Position numbers and translations under genes: made by a program. From assembly GCF_018977255.1 (NCBI RefSeq), contig NW_024704742.1:132372001-132436000 (forward strand): a stretch of 64,000 nucleotides of DNA, in the 5' to 3' direction. Shown piece by piece: positions 10,430-23,214 of this stretch (positions are counted from its first letter, which is position 1; each line of letters begins with the position of its first letter). The notes under the pieces are model-generated. The model was given only the letters and a program-made list of their open reading frames with translations. It was not told the origin of the DNA and did not search any database. This DNA is from Callorhinchus milii (Eukaryota).

Positions 10430-12525
10430 TAAAGAGCTGAATACTTGGCTAAAAAAATGGTGCGGAGGGCAGGGGTTTCACTTTATAGGCCACTGGCACC
10501 AGTATTGGGGGAGACGGGAGCTATTCCAAAGGAATGGACTCCACCTAAACAGGGCTGGGACAAATGTCCCGGCAACACGAATAAATAGGGAGGTAGACGG
10601 GGCTTTAAACTACTAAGGGGTGGGGGGGGGTAAATTCAATCACATGTAATCCGTCACAATTAAAATTAGGACCGATGAAAGTGGGAGAGCAGATTAACCA
10701 GGGAGATGAGCAAAGGGTGTCAAGCGGGGAAAGGAAGCCCAGGGATAGGGTACTGGTGAATAGGACTAATAGCCCGAAGTCAGAATTAAAGTTGCTATGT
10801 CTGAATGCGCGAAGCATTCGAAACAGGATAGATGAGTTAATCATTCTGGTAGCCATCACCGAGACATGGTAACAGGGAGATCAAGGGTGGGAGCTAAATA
10901 TTCCAGGGTATGCGGCGTATAGAAAAGATAGGCAATGTGGTAAACAAGGAGGGGGGTGGCCCTGCTAATAAAGGATGGGATAAAAACAGTAGAGAGGAAA
11001 GATTTTAAATCAGAAAAGCAGGAAGTAGAGTCAGTATGAGTAGAGGTACGTAACAACAAGTGGTTGAAAACTCTAGTGGGAATAGTTTATAGACCCCCGA
11101 ACAGCAGTCACAGTATCTCTCAAGGTATAAATCAGGAAATTAGCAGAGCATGTAGTAAAGGAAAAACATTAATTGTGGGTGATTTTAATCTGCACGCAGA
11201 TTGGGTCAACCAAATTGGGAAAAGTATGGTAGAGGAAGAGTTTATAGAATGTATTAGGGATAATTATCTGGATCAGTATGCCGAGGAGCCAACCAGGGAA
11301 CAGGCCATATTAGACCTTGTTTTGTGCAATGAAGCAGAGCTGATCAGCAAACTGGAAATTGAGGCTCCTCCAGGGCAAAGTGATCATAATATGATGGGAT
11401 TTAGCATTAAGTTAGAGAGAGAAGTAATTAAGTTCGAAGCAAAGGTTTTAAATGTAAGTAGAGCCAATTTTGCTGGTATGAGAGAGGATTTAGCCAAAAT
11501 AAACTGGGAAATTAGACTTAAGGATTTCACAGTAGACCAGCAAAGCCAGACGTTTAAGGAGTTAGTGCAAAATTCCCAGCGAGCACGTATTCCTTTGAGG
11601 AATAAGAATGCCACCGTGGCTAACTAGAGCAGTTAGGGAAAGTATAAAGTTAAAGGAAGAAGCCTATAAAATCAGCTAAGATGAGTAGTAAACCCAAGGA
11701 TTGGGAGAACTTTAGGGATCAACAAAGGAGAACCAAAAAAGTGATTAAGAGGGAGAAAATGGAATATGAGGGCAAACTAGTGAAGAACATAAAGACAGAC
11801 TGCAAGAGTTTTTATAAATATATAAAGAGGAAGAGGCTGTCAAAGGTAAATGTGGGTCCGCTACAGGCAGAGTCGGGGGGAATTATAGTAGGGGACAAAG
11901 ACATGGCAGAGTCATTAAACAAGTACTTTGCTACTGTCTTCACCTTAGAAGACACTGAAAACCTACCAAGAATAGAGGGGAACCAAGAAGACAATGTTAG
12001 CAAGCAACTTGGGGGAATTAATATTAGTAAAGAAATGGTTTTAGGTAAATTGTCAGGTCTTAAAACTGATAAATCTCCTGGACCTGATGGCCTACATCCT
12101 AGGGTTTTAAAAGAGGTGGCTACTGAGATAGTGGATGGCTTGTCTTTGATCTTCCAAAATTCTCTGGATTCTGGAACGGTTCCCATTGATTGGAAGATTG
12201 CAAACGTAACACCACTATTTAAGAAGGGTGGGAGAGAGAAGATGGGGAACTATAGACCAGTTAGTCTGACATCAGTGATAGGGAAAATACTTGAGTCCTT
12301 AATTAAAGATGTCGTTATGGGATTCCTGGAAGACCATAACAAGATTAGGCAGAGTCAACATGGCTTTACAAAAGGGAAGTCATGCTTAACTAATCTTTTA
12401 GAGTTTTTTGAAGACGTATCTAGCAGGTTAGATAGGGGGGAACCAGTAGATGTAGTATATTTAGATTTTAAAAAGGCATTTGACAAATTGCCACACAAAA
12501 AGCTATTGCACAAGGTTAAGGCCCA
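10430..12525 (+). mobile_element. CR1 LINE, truncated and degenerate (ORF1 esterase C-terminus, ORF2 APE endonuclease, N-terminal RT)
   Basis: Translations WLKKWCGGQGFHFIGHWHQYWGRRELFQRNGLHLNRAG (SGNH esterase-like); LNARSIRN..AITETW, VYRPP, GDFN, SDH (APE); KSPGPDGLHP, NYRPVSLTS, QHGF, YLDFKKAFD (RT). Contains stops and frameshifts; cut off by a SINE tail at ~12525. Confidence 0.92.
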
Positions 12526-13229
12526 CATTGTGGGCTGCATTTTGCCCACAAATATACAGTCAATTCATTTTACAGTATATTGTGTGAAGCGCTTCGAGAT
12601 GTCTGGAAGATGTAAAAAGCGCTATATCAAATGCAAGATTATTATTTTTATTACAATACCAGCTTCATTTTCTGGGATTGCTTGGGTGACGTAAGCAAAA
12701 AAAAAGCAAAAAAATTTGCATTTATCTGTATGAAACCAGAAAAACATTCCTGTGGAAAAAGTCAAATATTTAAAGATTTCTCACTACAAGAGGTGTATTC
12801 ACTGAATGAGGCTCACTAACTCACTGGGTGACTGATGCTACTAACTGGGAATGAAAATGGCAGCATTCAGCTCTGAGCAGCAGCGGTGGTGGTGGGGGGG
12901 CTCTTACAAACTGTGCTCCACTGCTGTGTGCAAATTGGCTGCCACGTTCACTCACAAAACCACACAGTCATTGCCCTTTACAGTAATAGCCTGTGAAGCG
13001 CTTTGAGACGACGTCCCGGTGTGAAAGGCAACTCGTAATGATTTATTTTTTTAAGATCGGCGATACTCATCAAGGCTATCCATCTTCTCATCGAGCCGAA
13101 GCTTCCCGCGGGGCTGGATGGTTTCGTTTTTGACGGTAGATTTTTTTTGCTCTCGGGCACATCTTAAGATTTTATTTATTTGCTGAGGGACAGCCCACCA
13201 AAACACAGGCCCCAAAAGTAGCACAATAT

Positions 13230-13700
13230 TACATAAGAACACGAGAACATAAGAATTAGGAGCAGGAGAAGGCCATTCAGCCCCTTGAGCCTGCCCTGCC
13301 ATTCGATAAGATCATGGCTGATCTTCAGACCTAACTCTAATTACCTGCCCTATCCCCATATCCCCTAATCTCTCTATTTTTTAAAAATCTATCAGTCTCA
13401 GCCTTGAAGATGTTCAAGGACTGAGCATTTACAGCCTTCTGGGGTAGTGAATTCCATAAATTCACTACCCTCTGAGTGAAGAAATGTTTCCTCAACTCTG
13501 TTTTAAAAGGCTGACTGTGACCCCTGGTTATAGATTCTCCTACCAGGGGAAACAGGCCCTCAATGTCTACTTTATCAGCCCTTTAAGAATCTTATATGTT
13601 TCAATAAGATCCCCCCTAATTCTCCTGTACTCTGGAGAATACAGCCCTAGTTTATTCAGCCTATCCTCATTGGTCAGTCCCCTCATCCCAGGAACTAACC
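13230..13700 (-). mobile_element. CR1 LINE 3' fragment
   Basis: Reverse-complement CR1 3' end: acataagaac repeat tail followed by gaaggccattcagccc and the ORF2 C-terminal region. Confidence 0.75.
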
Positions 13701-14989
13701 TTTAACAGTCAGCCTTTTAAAACAGAGTGATTATTATTATGCTTAAATTTCCTTTCAACTCAGCTTTAGATCAGTAAATAATCCCCTCATTGTACCCAAC
13801 CGTGAAAAGCAAGACAAGGTTGTTCTACAATGACTGAGTCAGAAGGTTGAGGGTTCAAGCTCCACGTTAGGACTTGGAACTCAGATAGATTAGGCTGACA
13901 CTCTATTGCAATGCTGGGGTGTGCCGCGTTATTGGAGATGTCATCCTTCAGATAAGACTGAGGTCCTATCTGGCTGTTCAGGTAGGTATTAAACGGCCTA
14001 TGGCACTAATCAAAAAGAGAAGGAAGTTTCCCCTGATTTCTTGGCCAACGATTACCCCCATCTCACACACAAACACATGCATAAAATTGGTCACTCAATT
14101 CATGGCTATTTGTGGGAACCCCCTGTGTATGAAAATAGCTGCCACATCTCCTTAAAAATACAGTCATTACACTTGACAATTACTGTGAATCATTTTGAAA
14201 CATTTCAGCTTGATAATGTGCAAGGCAATGCCCTTTCTTAGCCAATGCCCAAAGACAAAAATGCTGTGTCTCTAACAAATAACTTGGGTGGGAAAGTTAG
14301 CACTAGCACAGATACAGTACTTTCTACGAAGTTTATATAATAATCCTTGCATTTGATATAGCACCTTATCATGTCGTTGAGACATCTCATTTTGTGGGCG
14401 AATGCGGCAGCCAATTTGTGCACAGCAATGTCCTATAAACAGTCACAATTTTGTTTGGGGGATTGTTTGCCAGAACACTGGGAAAAACTCCCTTCTCTTT
14501 TTTGTTTAGTCCCATGGGATCTTTAATGTCCACCTGAACAGGCAGACGGGACCTCAGTTTAACGTTTCATCCAAAGGACAGGACCTCCGACAATGCAGTG
14601 TTCCCCCCGCACTGAAGGAAGCCATTCAGAGCATCATACATTGTCATTAACTCGCCACTGGAGCTCTCTGCTCTAATCCTATTCCCCTGCTCTTTTACCA
14701 AACCTTTTACTATCGTTCTAACTCCTGAAGAATAAACATTTTACAGTATATGGGGAGACATTGCATTATTCCCTTTGACCATTAGAGGCCAGCAGATTTA
14801 AGTCTAACCAGTTCTTGGGTTAATCTCCATTGTGGTTTGGGCATCATACTCTAATCTGCTTATTACAAGGCATTTTTTTTATTCCTCATAATTCTTCCTA
14901 ACTGTTTGTGGGATTTGTGTGAAAATTGTCTGCCATGTTCACTTACAAAATACATAAACATTGCACTTAATAGTAAATCCTGTAAATCC

Positions 14990-16126
14990 TAGAACTGGCT
15001 GGATGACAGAAATCAGAGAGTGGTGGTGAACGCTTGTTTTTCTGACTGGAGCAATGTGCAATGTGCAATGGTGTCCCCCAGGGGTCAGTATTGGGACCAC
15101 TGCTGTTTTTTGATCTGTATAAATGCCCTGAACTTGGGTATAGGGAGTACAATTTCCAAGTTTGCAGATGATACTAAGCTAGGAAAAGTAGTAAACAGTG
15201 AGGAGGATAGTAGCTGACTGCAAATGGACATAGACAGACTGGTAAAATGGGCAGATACGTGACAGGTGAAGTTTAATGTGGAGAAATGCAAAGTAATGCA
15301 TTTTGGGAGGAAGAATGAAGAGAGGTAATATAAGCTAAAAGGTACAGAGATGGGGCTGAAGGAACAGAGAGACCTGGGGGTTCATATATAAGTAAATCTT
15401 TAAAGGTGGCAGTACAGGTAGATAACAAGAACAACAACAAAATTACATATATAGAGCACCTTTCACGTCGGGAGGATGTCCCAAGGAGCTGGTTAAACAA
15501 GCATACGGGATACTAGGCTTTATAAATAGGGGCATTGAATACAAAAGTCAGGAAATTATGCTAAACCTTTATAAAACCCTTGATAGGCCTCAGCTAGAGT
15601 ACTGTGTTCAGTTCTGAGCACCCACTTTAGGAAAGATGTCAAGGCATTGGATAGGGTGCAAAGGAGATTTACCAGGACGTTACCAGGAACGAGGGGCTTC
15701 AGTTATCAGCAGAGGCTAGAGAAGCTAGGATTATTCTCCTTGGAGCGAGAAGGTGAAGAGGAGACTTAATAGGAGTTTTGAATATTATGAGGGGATTCGA
15801 TAGGGAAATTCAAGGAGAAATTATTTCCACTGGCGAGTTGGTAACCTGAGGACACCGATTTAAAACAGTTGTTAATAGTTGAAGAGAAATTTTTTCACAC
15901 AGCGAGTTGTTCAGATCTGGAATGCATTGCCTGAAAGGGTGGTGGAAGCTGTTTCGATAACAACTTTTAAGTGAGTAGATAATTATTTGGGGAGGACAAG
16001 TTTGCAGGGCTATGGAGAGAGAGCGGGGGAGTGGGATTGAATTGGATAGCTCTTTTCAAAGATTCAGCACAGACATAATGGGCCGAATGGCCTCCTTCTG
16101 TGATGTATAATTCTGATTCTCTGATT
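14990..16126 (+). mobile_element. CR1 LINE 3' portion (RT C-terminus to 3' tail), degenerate
   Basis: ISKFADDTKLG motif; ggccgaatggcct 3' hairpin and ttctgatt tail. A second copy lies at 23949-24995. Confidence 0.9.
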
Positions 16127-16184
16127 ATGCTGGACATTTATCAAACACAGTGTGACAAATAGAAAGACATAAACCACTAACTAT

Positions 16185-16728
16185 CAACAACAACAACAAC
16201 TTGGATTTATATAGTGCCCTCCACGCCGGACAGCGTCTCAGGGCGCTTTACAGTAACGGGTCCCAGGGCCAAGCCAGGGGGAGGGGGAGGAAGGTGACCA
16301 AGGCGCGGTCGAAAAGAAAGGTCTTCAGCAGAGACCTGAAAATGGGAAAGGAGGGAGCGAGACGAAGGGAGTGAGGAAGGCAGTTCCAGAGCCTCAGGGC
16401 ATAGTGGCTGAAGGCACAGCCGTCGAGGGTGGAGCGGAGGACTCGGGGGATGAAGAGGAGGCCAGACCTGGAGGAACGAAGGCAACAGGTACTGTTTTGA
16501 GGAGACAGGAGGTCAGAGAGGTAGGGGGGTGCAGAGGATTGCAGGGACTTGGATACAGCGGTGAGGATCTTGAAATCGATCCTCTCTGGGATAGGCAGCC
16601 AGTGCAGTCTGGCAAGGACTGGGGTGATCGGGGAGCGGAGTTTCGTGCGGGTGAGAATGCGGGCAGCAGAGTTCTGAATGATTTGGATTTTATGGATGGT
16701 AGTGGATGGGAGACCAGCGAGGAGGGCG
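16185..16728 (-). mobile_element. L2 LINE 3' fragment (duplicated at ~25054-25597)
   Basis: (caa)n tail; reverse strand encodes IHKIQIIQNSAARIL-type L2 ORF2 C-terminus. Same subfamily as 39270-39985. Confidence 0.8.
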
Positions 16729-17389
16729 CTATCGACCTACCTCCTGGCTTATCTCCTGATCTGATCTGTTCCAGCTCTCGGTGATGTCTTGCATCTCAGC
16801 ACTGACCTTCCAGCTTTGCCTCTAAATAAAAAAACGTGCAACTTGTCTGACCCACTTGAGTTGACAGAAATCTAGTAACACAATGACTTCCATCTGTGCC
16901 CTATAATGGCTAGGCCTACCAGAGTACTAGCCATAACTCAGAATCTATCACCTAATAATATAAAAATAATAATCCTTGCATTTAATATAGTTTTATAACG
17001 TTGTTGAGATGTTTCAAAGCTCTTCAAGAATATATTGTCTGTGTATTTTGTGGGTAAAACGTAGCAGCTAAATGGACATATCAGTGTCCCACAAACAGTG
17101 ATGGATCAAGTGACCAAATTTTTGACTAATAACCGGGTTCTTACTTACTGCTAGGTAAAGAGAAGTGTAAGGAAATTTGCCTAAGGTTTCTCCCCACCTG
17201 GGAATCAAACTCAAGTCTTCTCACTTGCAAGGCAAACACTCTAATACTACACTACATAGAGGGTAACTGGGAGGAAAATCTCTGGCTGCCAACAGAAAAA
17301 AGATGGCACACATCTCCAGGATATAAGGAGGCACCAGAGATAGATTGTTGGAATGGAATGCACACTCAATCCCTGGAGTGATGCTTATC

Positions 17390-18100
17390 TAATTCTGGAA
17401 AGGATTAGGTGCAAGTTGGCAAAGCCAAGGCTTGGGGACCTCAGAGTGTGTGTTGGAGTAACTGCTGGAGTCTGACCAGCTAAAACCACATAGCTTGCCA
17501 TTGCTATTGTTGCCTGGCAAGATTTCCCGCTGCTTGTCCTACCCATTAGGGCATAGGCTTGCAGAGTTAATAGGAACTGACTGGGATGACTCACTGCCCC
17601 CAGTGATGGATCTGCCCTTCCAGGTCCTGCCAATGAGTCAGGCTGGCTGTACTGTCATCAGCAGTGCCTGGAGTACTGCAGACCAGTCTGGCTCAGGAAC
17701 CGGACTACCGAGACCGGCACAGAGAGTTGCTCGATTCTGACATTCCATTGCCAGGCATGTCACCTTGGAGCCAGTTCAGCTCCAAGGAGACCCTTCTTAC
17801 CCCCGACCCAAGGAGGGCAGTCACTAGTTGGTTGTTTGACATCCGACAAGTAAGGGTTTGAGCCCTCACTAGGTGGATGATAGATACTAAGAACTACCTG
17901 TGAGCTTCCTGATGGACAATGCATCTCAGCATGAAATGCATAAGAACATTGCCACTGTTCTCCTGTACGCAGCTTGGGCACACGTCCCTTCCCATTGAGC
18001 GATGGTACCACCAAATGGAAGTGCGGAGTTTAAGCCATAGCTGCTTGCCTCTTTGCAGACCAATGTCCTTTAACACAGAGTGGTGATGTATAGAATAGAT
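17390..18100 (-). mobile_element. Old non-LTR retrotransposon 3' part with a CCHC zinc finger (RTE-X-like, tentative); duplicated at ~26260-26970
   Basis: ORF 17894..18076 reads LKLRTS...CPSCVQENSGNVLMHFMLRC (C-x2-C-x10-H-x4-C). The downstream non-coding part recurs at ~230-410, ~5040-5370 (opposite strand) and ~37400-37550. Confidence 0.5.
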
Positions 18101-19539
18101 TATTCAGGAGGCAGGTGGTCAAACCAGATTGTGTCAGTTAACTCTAGAGGGAATTCAATAGCTATTTTCTTCTTCCTCCCATCAAAATCCTCCCAAGAAC
18201 CTACAGAATGCCTCATACTCCCCTCGTACTCGTACTCCCCTCTCTCCCTACCTCCCCCCCCACACAACACACCCACCCTCCCCTTCCCAACAACCTAAAC
18301 TGTCTCTGTGTTCCCCTCCAGCTTTGCAGAACATTTCTAGATATTATCCCAAGTGAAAGCTGCTTCTTTAATATTTGTCAAGACTTGAAGATCCATCTCA
18401 ATACTCTCCTCTTCGGTCACCTTCCTCGCTCTATCCTCCCTGCCCTCCACCCCTCCTGATCCCAATCACCAGCCCGGTTGCTGTTGTACCTTGTCACTGC
18501 CCCTTCAGAGCCTTAAACACTTTTTTGCAATCCCGCTCTCAACCTCCTCGGCTCTTATATTTTACAATCCAATTCACATTTATTTACTGAGGCCCTTCAT
18601 GTCTGGAGAATGTCTCAAAACACTTTACGCAGTTGACTGGGCATCCGAGTCCTAATATTTCTGCACGCTTGCCCTAGGTTTAATAGATGCACTTTTTCAT
18701 CAAACAGACAAGCACAATATCTGACCCGTCAACTCCACTTAGATTTTTCGACGCATTTCGCCCACAAAATATAATATATTCTCTGAAGCGCTTTGATACA
18801 TCTCAAAGACGTGATAAGTCGCTATATCAAATGCAAGGACCAGTATTATTATTATCATTATTACTATTATTGTCATCATCTTGAAAATCCGCACAGAGAA
18901 ATGTTTCGTTACTTTTTTTTAAATGGAATTAATTATTGGTAGATTAATTTCTTCTTGTTTTTTTTGTTTGGAGAATCCAAAAGTAGGGTTGGGAACAAGA
19001 AGAAATGTCATGATTCCAGTGAATTACTTTTGATCAAAGACGACAACAACAACCACAACAACTTGCACTTATATAGCGCCATCCTCGCAGGGTAGTGCCT
19101 CAGAGCACTTTTCTGATGTCCATGTTTTTGCCTGCTTTATAATATGTAATAAGTAATTAGAATCTATGATATATCACATAATAATAATAATAATAATCCT
19201 TGCATTTGATATAGCGCTTTTCACGTCGGGAGGACGTCCCAAAGTGCTTCACAGAACAAACTGTAAAGTGAGTTGACTGTATATTTGTGGGCGAACGCGG
19301 CAGCCAATTGCGCACAGCAATGTCCCACAAACAGTCGTAGATTGAAAATGATCAATTTTATTATTGTTTTTTTTTGAGGGATTATTATTGTCATCATCTT
19401 GAAAATCCGCACATATACAGTACATAATGTATATTTGTAGAAATAACCAAGGTAGCTCATCACATCACAAATAACATTGCTTATGGTCATTTGTGGGCCA
19501 CTCGCTGTAGCACAAATGGGCGGCCATGCTCTTCTACAA

Positions 19540-20705
19540 CAGCGTGGCCCAAAAGGCGGCCCACGGGCCACATCCGGCCCAGCGGGTGATTTTCTCCGGC
19601 CCGAGACCATTTCCAACTTCCGCTCGTTCCCTCCCTCCCTCCCTGGTAAGTGTCTTCCCAGGGCAGCTGCAGGAGCCGCCGGTTGGGAGGACCCATTGGG
19701 GAGAGCTGTTACTGCATCTGTCAGGAAGGCAAAGGCATCTCTTACCAACGTGTCCTGAGCAACCTCACCGGCTCCTGCCGCTGCAGATAGTGACCCATGG
19801 GACTGATTGGGAGAGAGATTAAGGGGTGGGGGCAGAAGTGGACAGAGGGTAGATGGGGGGAGAGAGAGGCGGGGGGGGGGGGGGGGGGGGTGGGGGATTG
19901 AGAGATGGGGAGGAGAGAAGGAGGAAAGGGAGGAGCAGAGAGATGGGGGGAGGTGGAGAGAGGGGGTTAGGGGAGATAGAGTACTTATGTGAGAGACAGA
20001 TAAGAAAGGGGAAGTGAGAGGGAAAGAAACTGTGAGAGTGATTGAGAGAGCAGCTAGAGAAAGAGAGTGGGAGAGAGTGTGTGAGAGAGAGAGTATGAGG
20101 GGAGAGGGAGTGAATGTGAGGGAGAAGGGGAGAGAAACAGAGAGAGGGTGGATATTGAGAAAGGGTAATTGAGAATGATTTTGAGAGGGGATAGAGCATG
20201 TGTGGGAGAGAGAAGGGAAGTGAGAGAGAGAGTAATTGAGAAAAGGAGAGAGGAGATGGTGGAGAGAGTGGTTGAAAGGGGGAGTGTGAGAAGTGGATTG
20301 AGAGAGTAATTGAGAGAGAGTGTGTGCAAGAGAGGGGGAGAGAAGGAGAGAGAGTGCCCCCTCCCCTGCTCTGTCCCCCCTCCTCCCACCACTCTCTCCT
20401 CCTCTTTCTCTCCCCCCTCTTCCCCCTCCCTCAATCCCCCTCTCTCCCATTCAGCCGCATGGGTCACTATCTGCAGCGGCAGGACTAAGTTGCTAAGGAC
20501 TCGGTTGGTAAGAGATGTGGTTGCCTTCCTGACAGACTGCATTGATGGCCGGTATTATTTCCACTCTCTGCTCTGTGTCCTCCCAGCCATTGGCTCCAGA
20601 GAGGGAGGGAGGGAGCGGAAGTTGGAATGCTGGAAATGGTATCGGGCGGATAAAATCACTGGCCGGGCCGGATGTGGCCTGCGGGCCACCAGCTGGTCCA
20701 GGCTG
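19540..20705. mobile_element. Non-autonomous hAT(Charlie)-like fold-back element with long imperfect inverted arms
   Basis: Ends cagcgtggcccaaaaggcggcccacgggccacatccggccc / gggccggatgtggcctgcgggccaccagctggtccaggctg. A 27-bp perfect inverted match pairs 19773-19799 with 20458-20484. Interior is GA-rich then TC-rich. No clear TSD. Confidence 0.7.
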
Positions 20706-22831
20706 GATGCAGCCCACGGAATTTTCTCAAATAGAGAATCCGGCCAGCGGCCACCAAAAGGTTGGCCCTCGCTGGCCTCCAAAACACACAATCACTGCCC
20801 AAACATTTTGAAGGGAAATCTCAATGCGTGATAATGATTTCTTTCTATTGCCTCCAACAACAAGGCTAACACATCCATTGTCATATATATTAATCCGTGT
20901 GCAGGCAAACACTGGGATCAACAGTAGCTTAAATCCAAGGTACTACTACCTACATTAATCTACTGAGCTATTACTCCCTACATCGCAAAGGCTTCTCAAG
21001 CCCCCGAGTGCTCAGTGGGAGTAAAGAGTCTCCTCTGTGACGAGCTGCTGTGATAAGAGTTGCAGCCTCCAGCTACATATGCATTGCAAGGGGCCAATAT
21101 TTATGAAAGCAGCAATGGCTGAAATTAAAGAAGGTTTGACTTAAAGAACAGGTCCCCATCTGACCTCCTGCCCCATCCTGTGACAGAATAGACCAGAAGC
21201 CCCTGCATTGCATCTGAGAATGCTTGTCCAATCTCCACTTGTCACAGTGCCTTCTTGTGGACCGAAAGAACTTACAACAACGACAACTTGCATTTACATT
21301 GCGCCCTTCACACGGGGTAGCATCCCGAGCACTTGTCGATGGCGGAGTCAGACACCGAGTCAGGGGGTGAGAGAGGGTGGAGGTGACTAACTCGCAAACA
21401 ACCAATTACATTTGTACAGCGCCTTTCACATCAGGAGGGAATCCCAAGGTGCTGGACAATCCGGGATCCGTACATGAGCTGGTGGTTGGAATCAGGAGAG
21501 GTGGAGGGCGGGGAGGGTAGGGGTAGGAGAGGTGACTGAAGGCACTGTCGAAGAGGAGGGTCTTGAAGGAGGCCAGGGAGGGGACGAGGCGGAGGGACTG
21601 TGGGATGGAGTTCCACTTCCAATAACTCATCGGTGAGCCCTTTTTTGCTTTGGAACGACTTGTTATCAGGAATTTACTGTCATGTAGCTCCCAGGTTGAT
21701 AGGTAATTAAAGTCTTAAAAGGTTTTCTGCAGAAGGGGTGCTGTGTGTATTATGAGCTGATTTACAGCCACTTATTAAAGATGCCGACCACAGTGTACAA
21801 TAAACTTGTAGACAGCAGCAACAGTTGACCTTTTAAGAGCTTAGAATATGATGTTTGCGGAGAGAAAAGATTGTGCTTCCAGCTGATGCAGAACAGCAGC
21901 GTGTTAATATTCATTTGCCAGCAAAGGTCACACTAAATTCAGTCTGCAGATTTTCATCACTCTTGTATTTGCTTGTATTTTACCCTCGAACTCAACTCAC
22001 CTGCTCATAAGAGCTTGAATTGATGTTGTTTTGTTGCTTTGATCCTCAGATCTCTGTACAGCCTCTCTCCTCCACCCAAGCTCTGTGACCACCCCCTTTC
22101 CAGCTAATCCCTCTGATAACCCATTTTATCGTGTTTCTTTTTGTTTCCCTCCCCCACCCCGATTTTCCTCACAGTCACAGATGTGTAAAGTGTTTTGGAA
22201 CCGTAGAAATTTATGGCACAGAGTAATAATGACAATCAGTCCATTTGATATAGAGCTTTATCACATCGTTGAGATGTCTCAAAATGCTTCACAGAATATA
22301 TTATAAAATGACTGTGCTTTTTATGGGCGAAACGCGGCAACCAATTGCGCACAGCAGCTTCCATAAACAGTCGTGAATTGAGTGACCCAATTTGTTTTTA
22401 GGTATTATTACCCCCGCCAATCAATTGACAACCAGGTTCCTACTTATTGCTAGGAAGGCCACTCAGCCCATCGTGTCTGTGCCGGCTTCATCAGGAGCAA
22501 TCCTCTCAGGCGCACTAACCTGGCCTTTCCCCACATCCATGTAGTGGACTCTTTTTAATATATCTAGTTCACTCTTGAAGGCCAATATGGATTTTGCCTC
22601 AACCACCGCTCCCAGCAGGGCATTCCATATCCTACTCTGTACTTGGAAAAAAAATCTAACCTCCCATTTGCTCGATTACTAACTATCCTAAATTGATGCC
22701 CTCTAGTTACTGACCCGTGTGAAGGGTTCTATGTAAATGCAAGTTGACTGACCAAATTTATTCTTTTGGGGGGAATTATTAGCCTCGGAAAGTGAACTGT
22801 CAATCGACTAACAAATGGGTTCCTACTTACT

Positions 22832-23149
22832 GGAGTCCTGTAGCTCAGTGGTTAGAGCACTCGCTTTGCAAGCGAGAGACCTGAGTTCAATTCCAGGCAG
22901 GGCGAAACCTTGGGCAAGTTTCCTTACTCCACACGCCTAATAATAATCCCTCCAAAAACCAAAAACAATAATAAATTGGTCATTTTCAATCTACGACTGT
23001 TTGTGGGACATTGCTGTCCGCAATTGGCTGCCGCGTTCTCCCACAAATATACAGTCAATTCACTTTACAGTGTGTTCTGTGAAGCGCTTTGGGACGTCCT
23101 CCCGACGTGAAAAGTGCTATATCAAATGCAAGGATTATTATTATTATTA
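22832..23149 (+). mobile_element. tRNA(Ala)-derived SINE, short form, inserted into an older antisense SINE
   Basis: Near-identical to 444-763; the flanks rejoin into the long-form SINE on the minus strand. Confidence 0.9.
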
Positions 23150-23214
23150 CTGCTACATAAACAGAGGCGTGCGGAGAAAGGAAACTCGCCTAAGGTTTTG
23201 CCCTGCCATTAAAT

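Noticed and set aside
11064..12694. 187-aa and 337-aa ORFs as host genes or an active RT
   Set aside because: Broken CR1 ORF2 with stops and frameshifts, truncated before the catalytic motif; the C-terminal residues come from a SINE tail.
13055..13165. CpG-rich island with cgaaac and tgatgag words on the minus strand, suggesting a hammerhead or snoRNA
   Set aside because: The core is TTGATGA/TCGATGA rather than CTGATGA, and stems I-III cannot be closed in any permutation I tried.
19221..20450. 409-aa ORF (and the 438-aa ORF at 28086..29402)
   Set aside because: Read-through of TC-rich low-complexity DNA, inverted arms and a SINE; Ser/Leu/Pro-biased. The two duplicate copies differ by frameshifts.
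21903..21930. Adjacent HNF1-like half-site and CAAAGGTCA nuclear-receptor motif (duplicated near 30763-30790)
   Set aside because: Both are partial matches; insufficient to call an enhancer from sequence alone.
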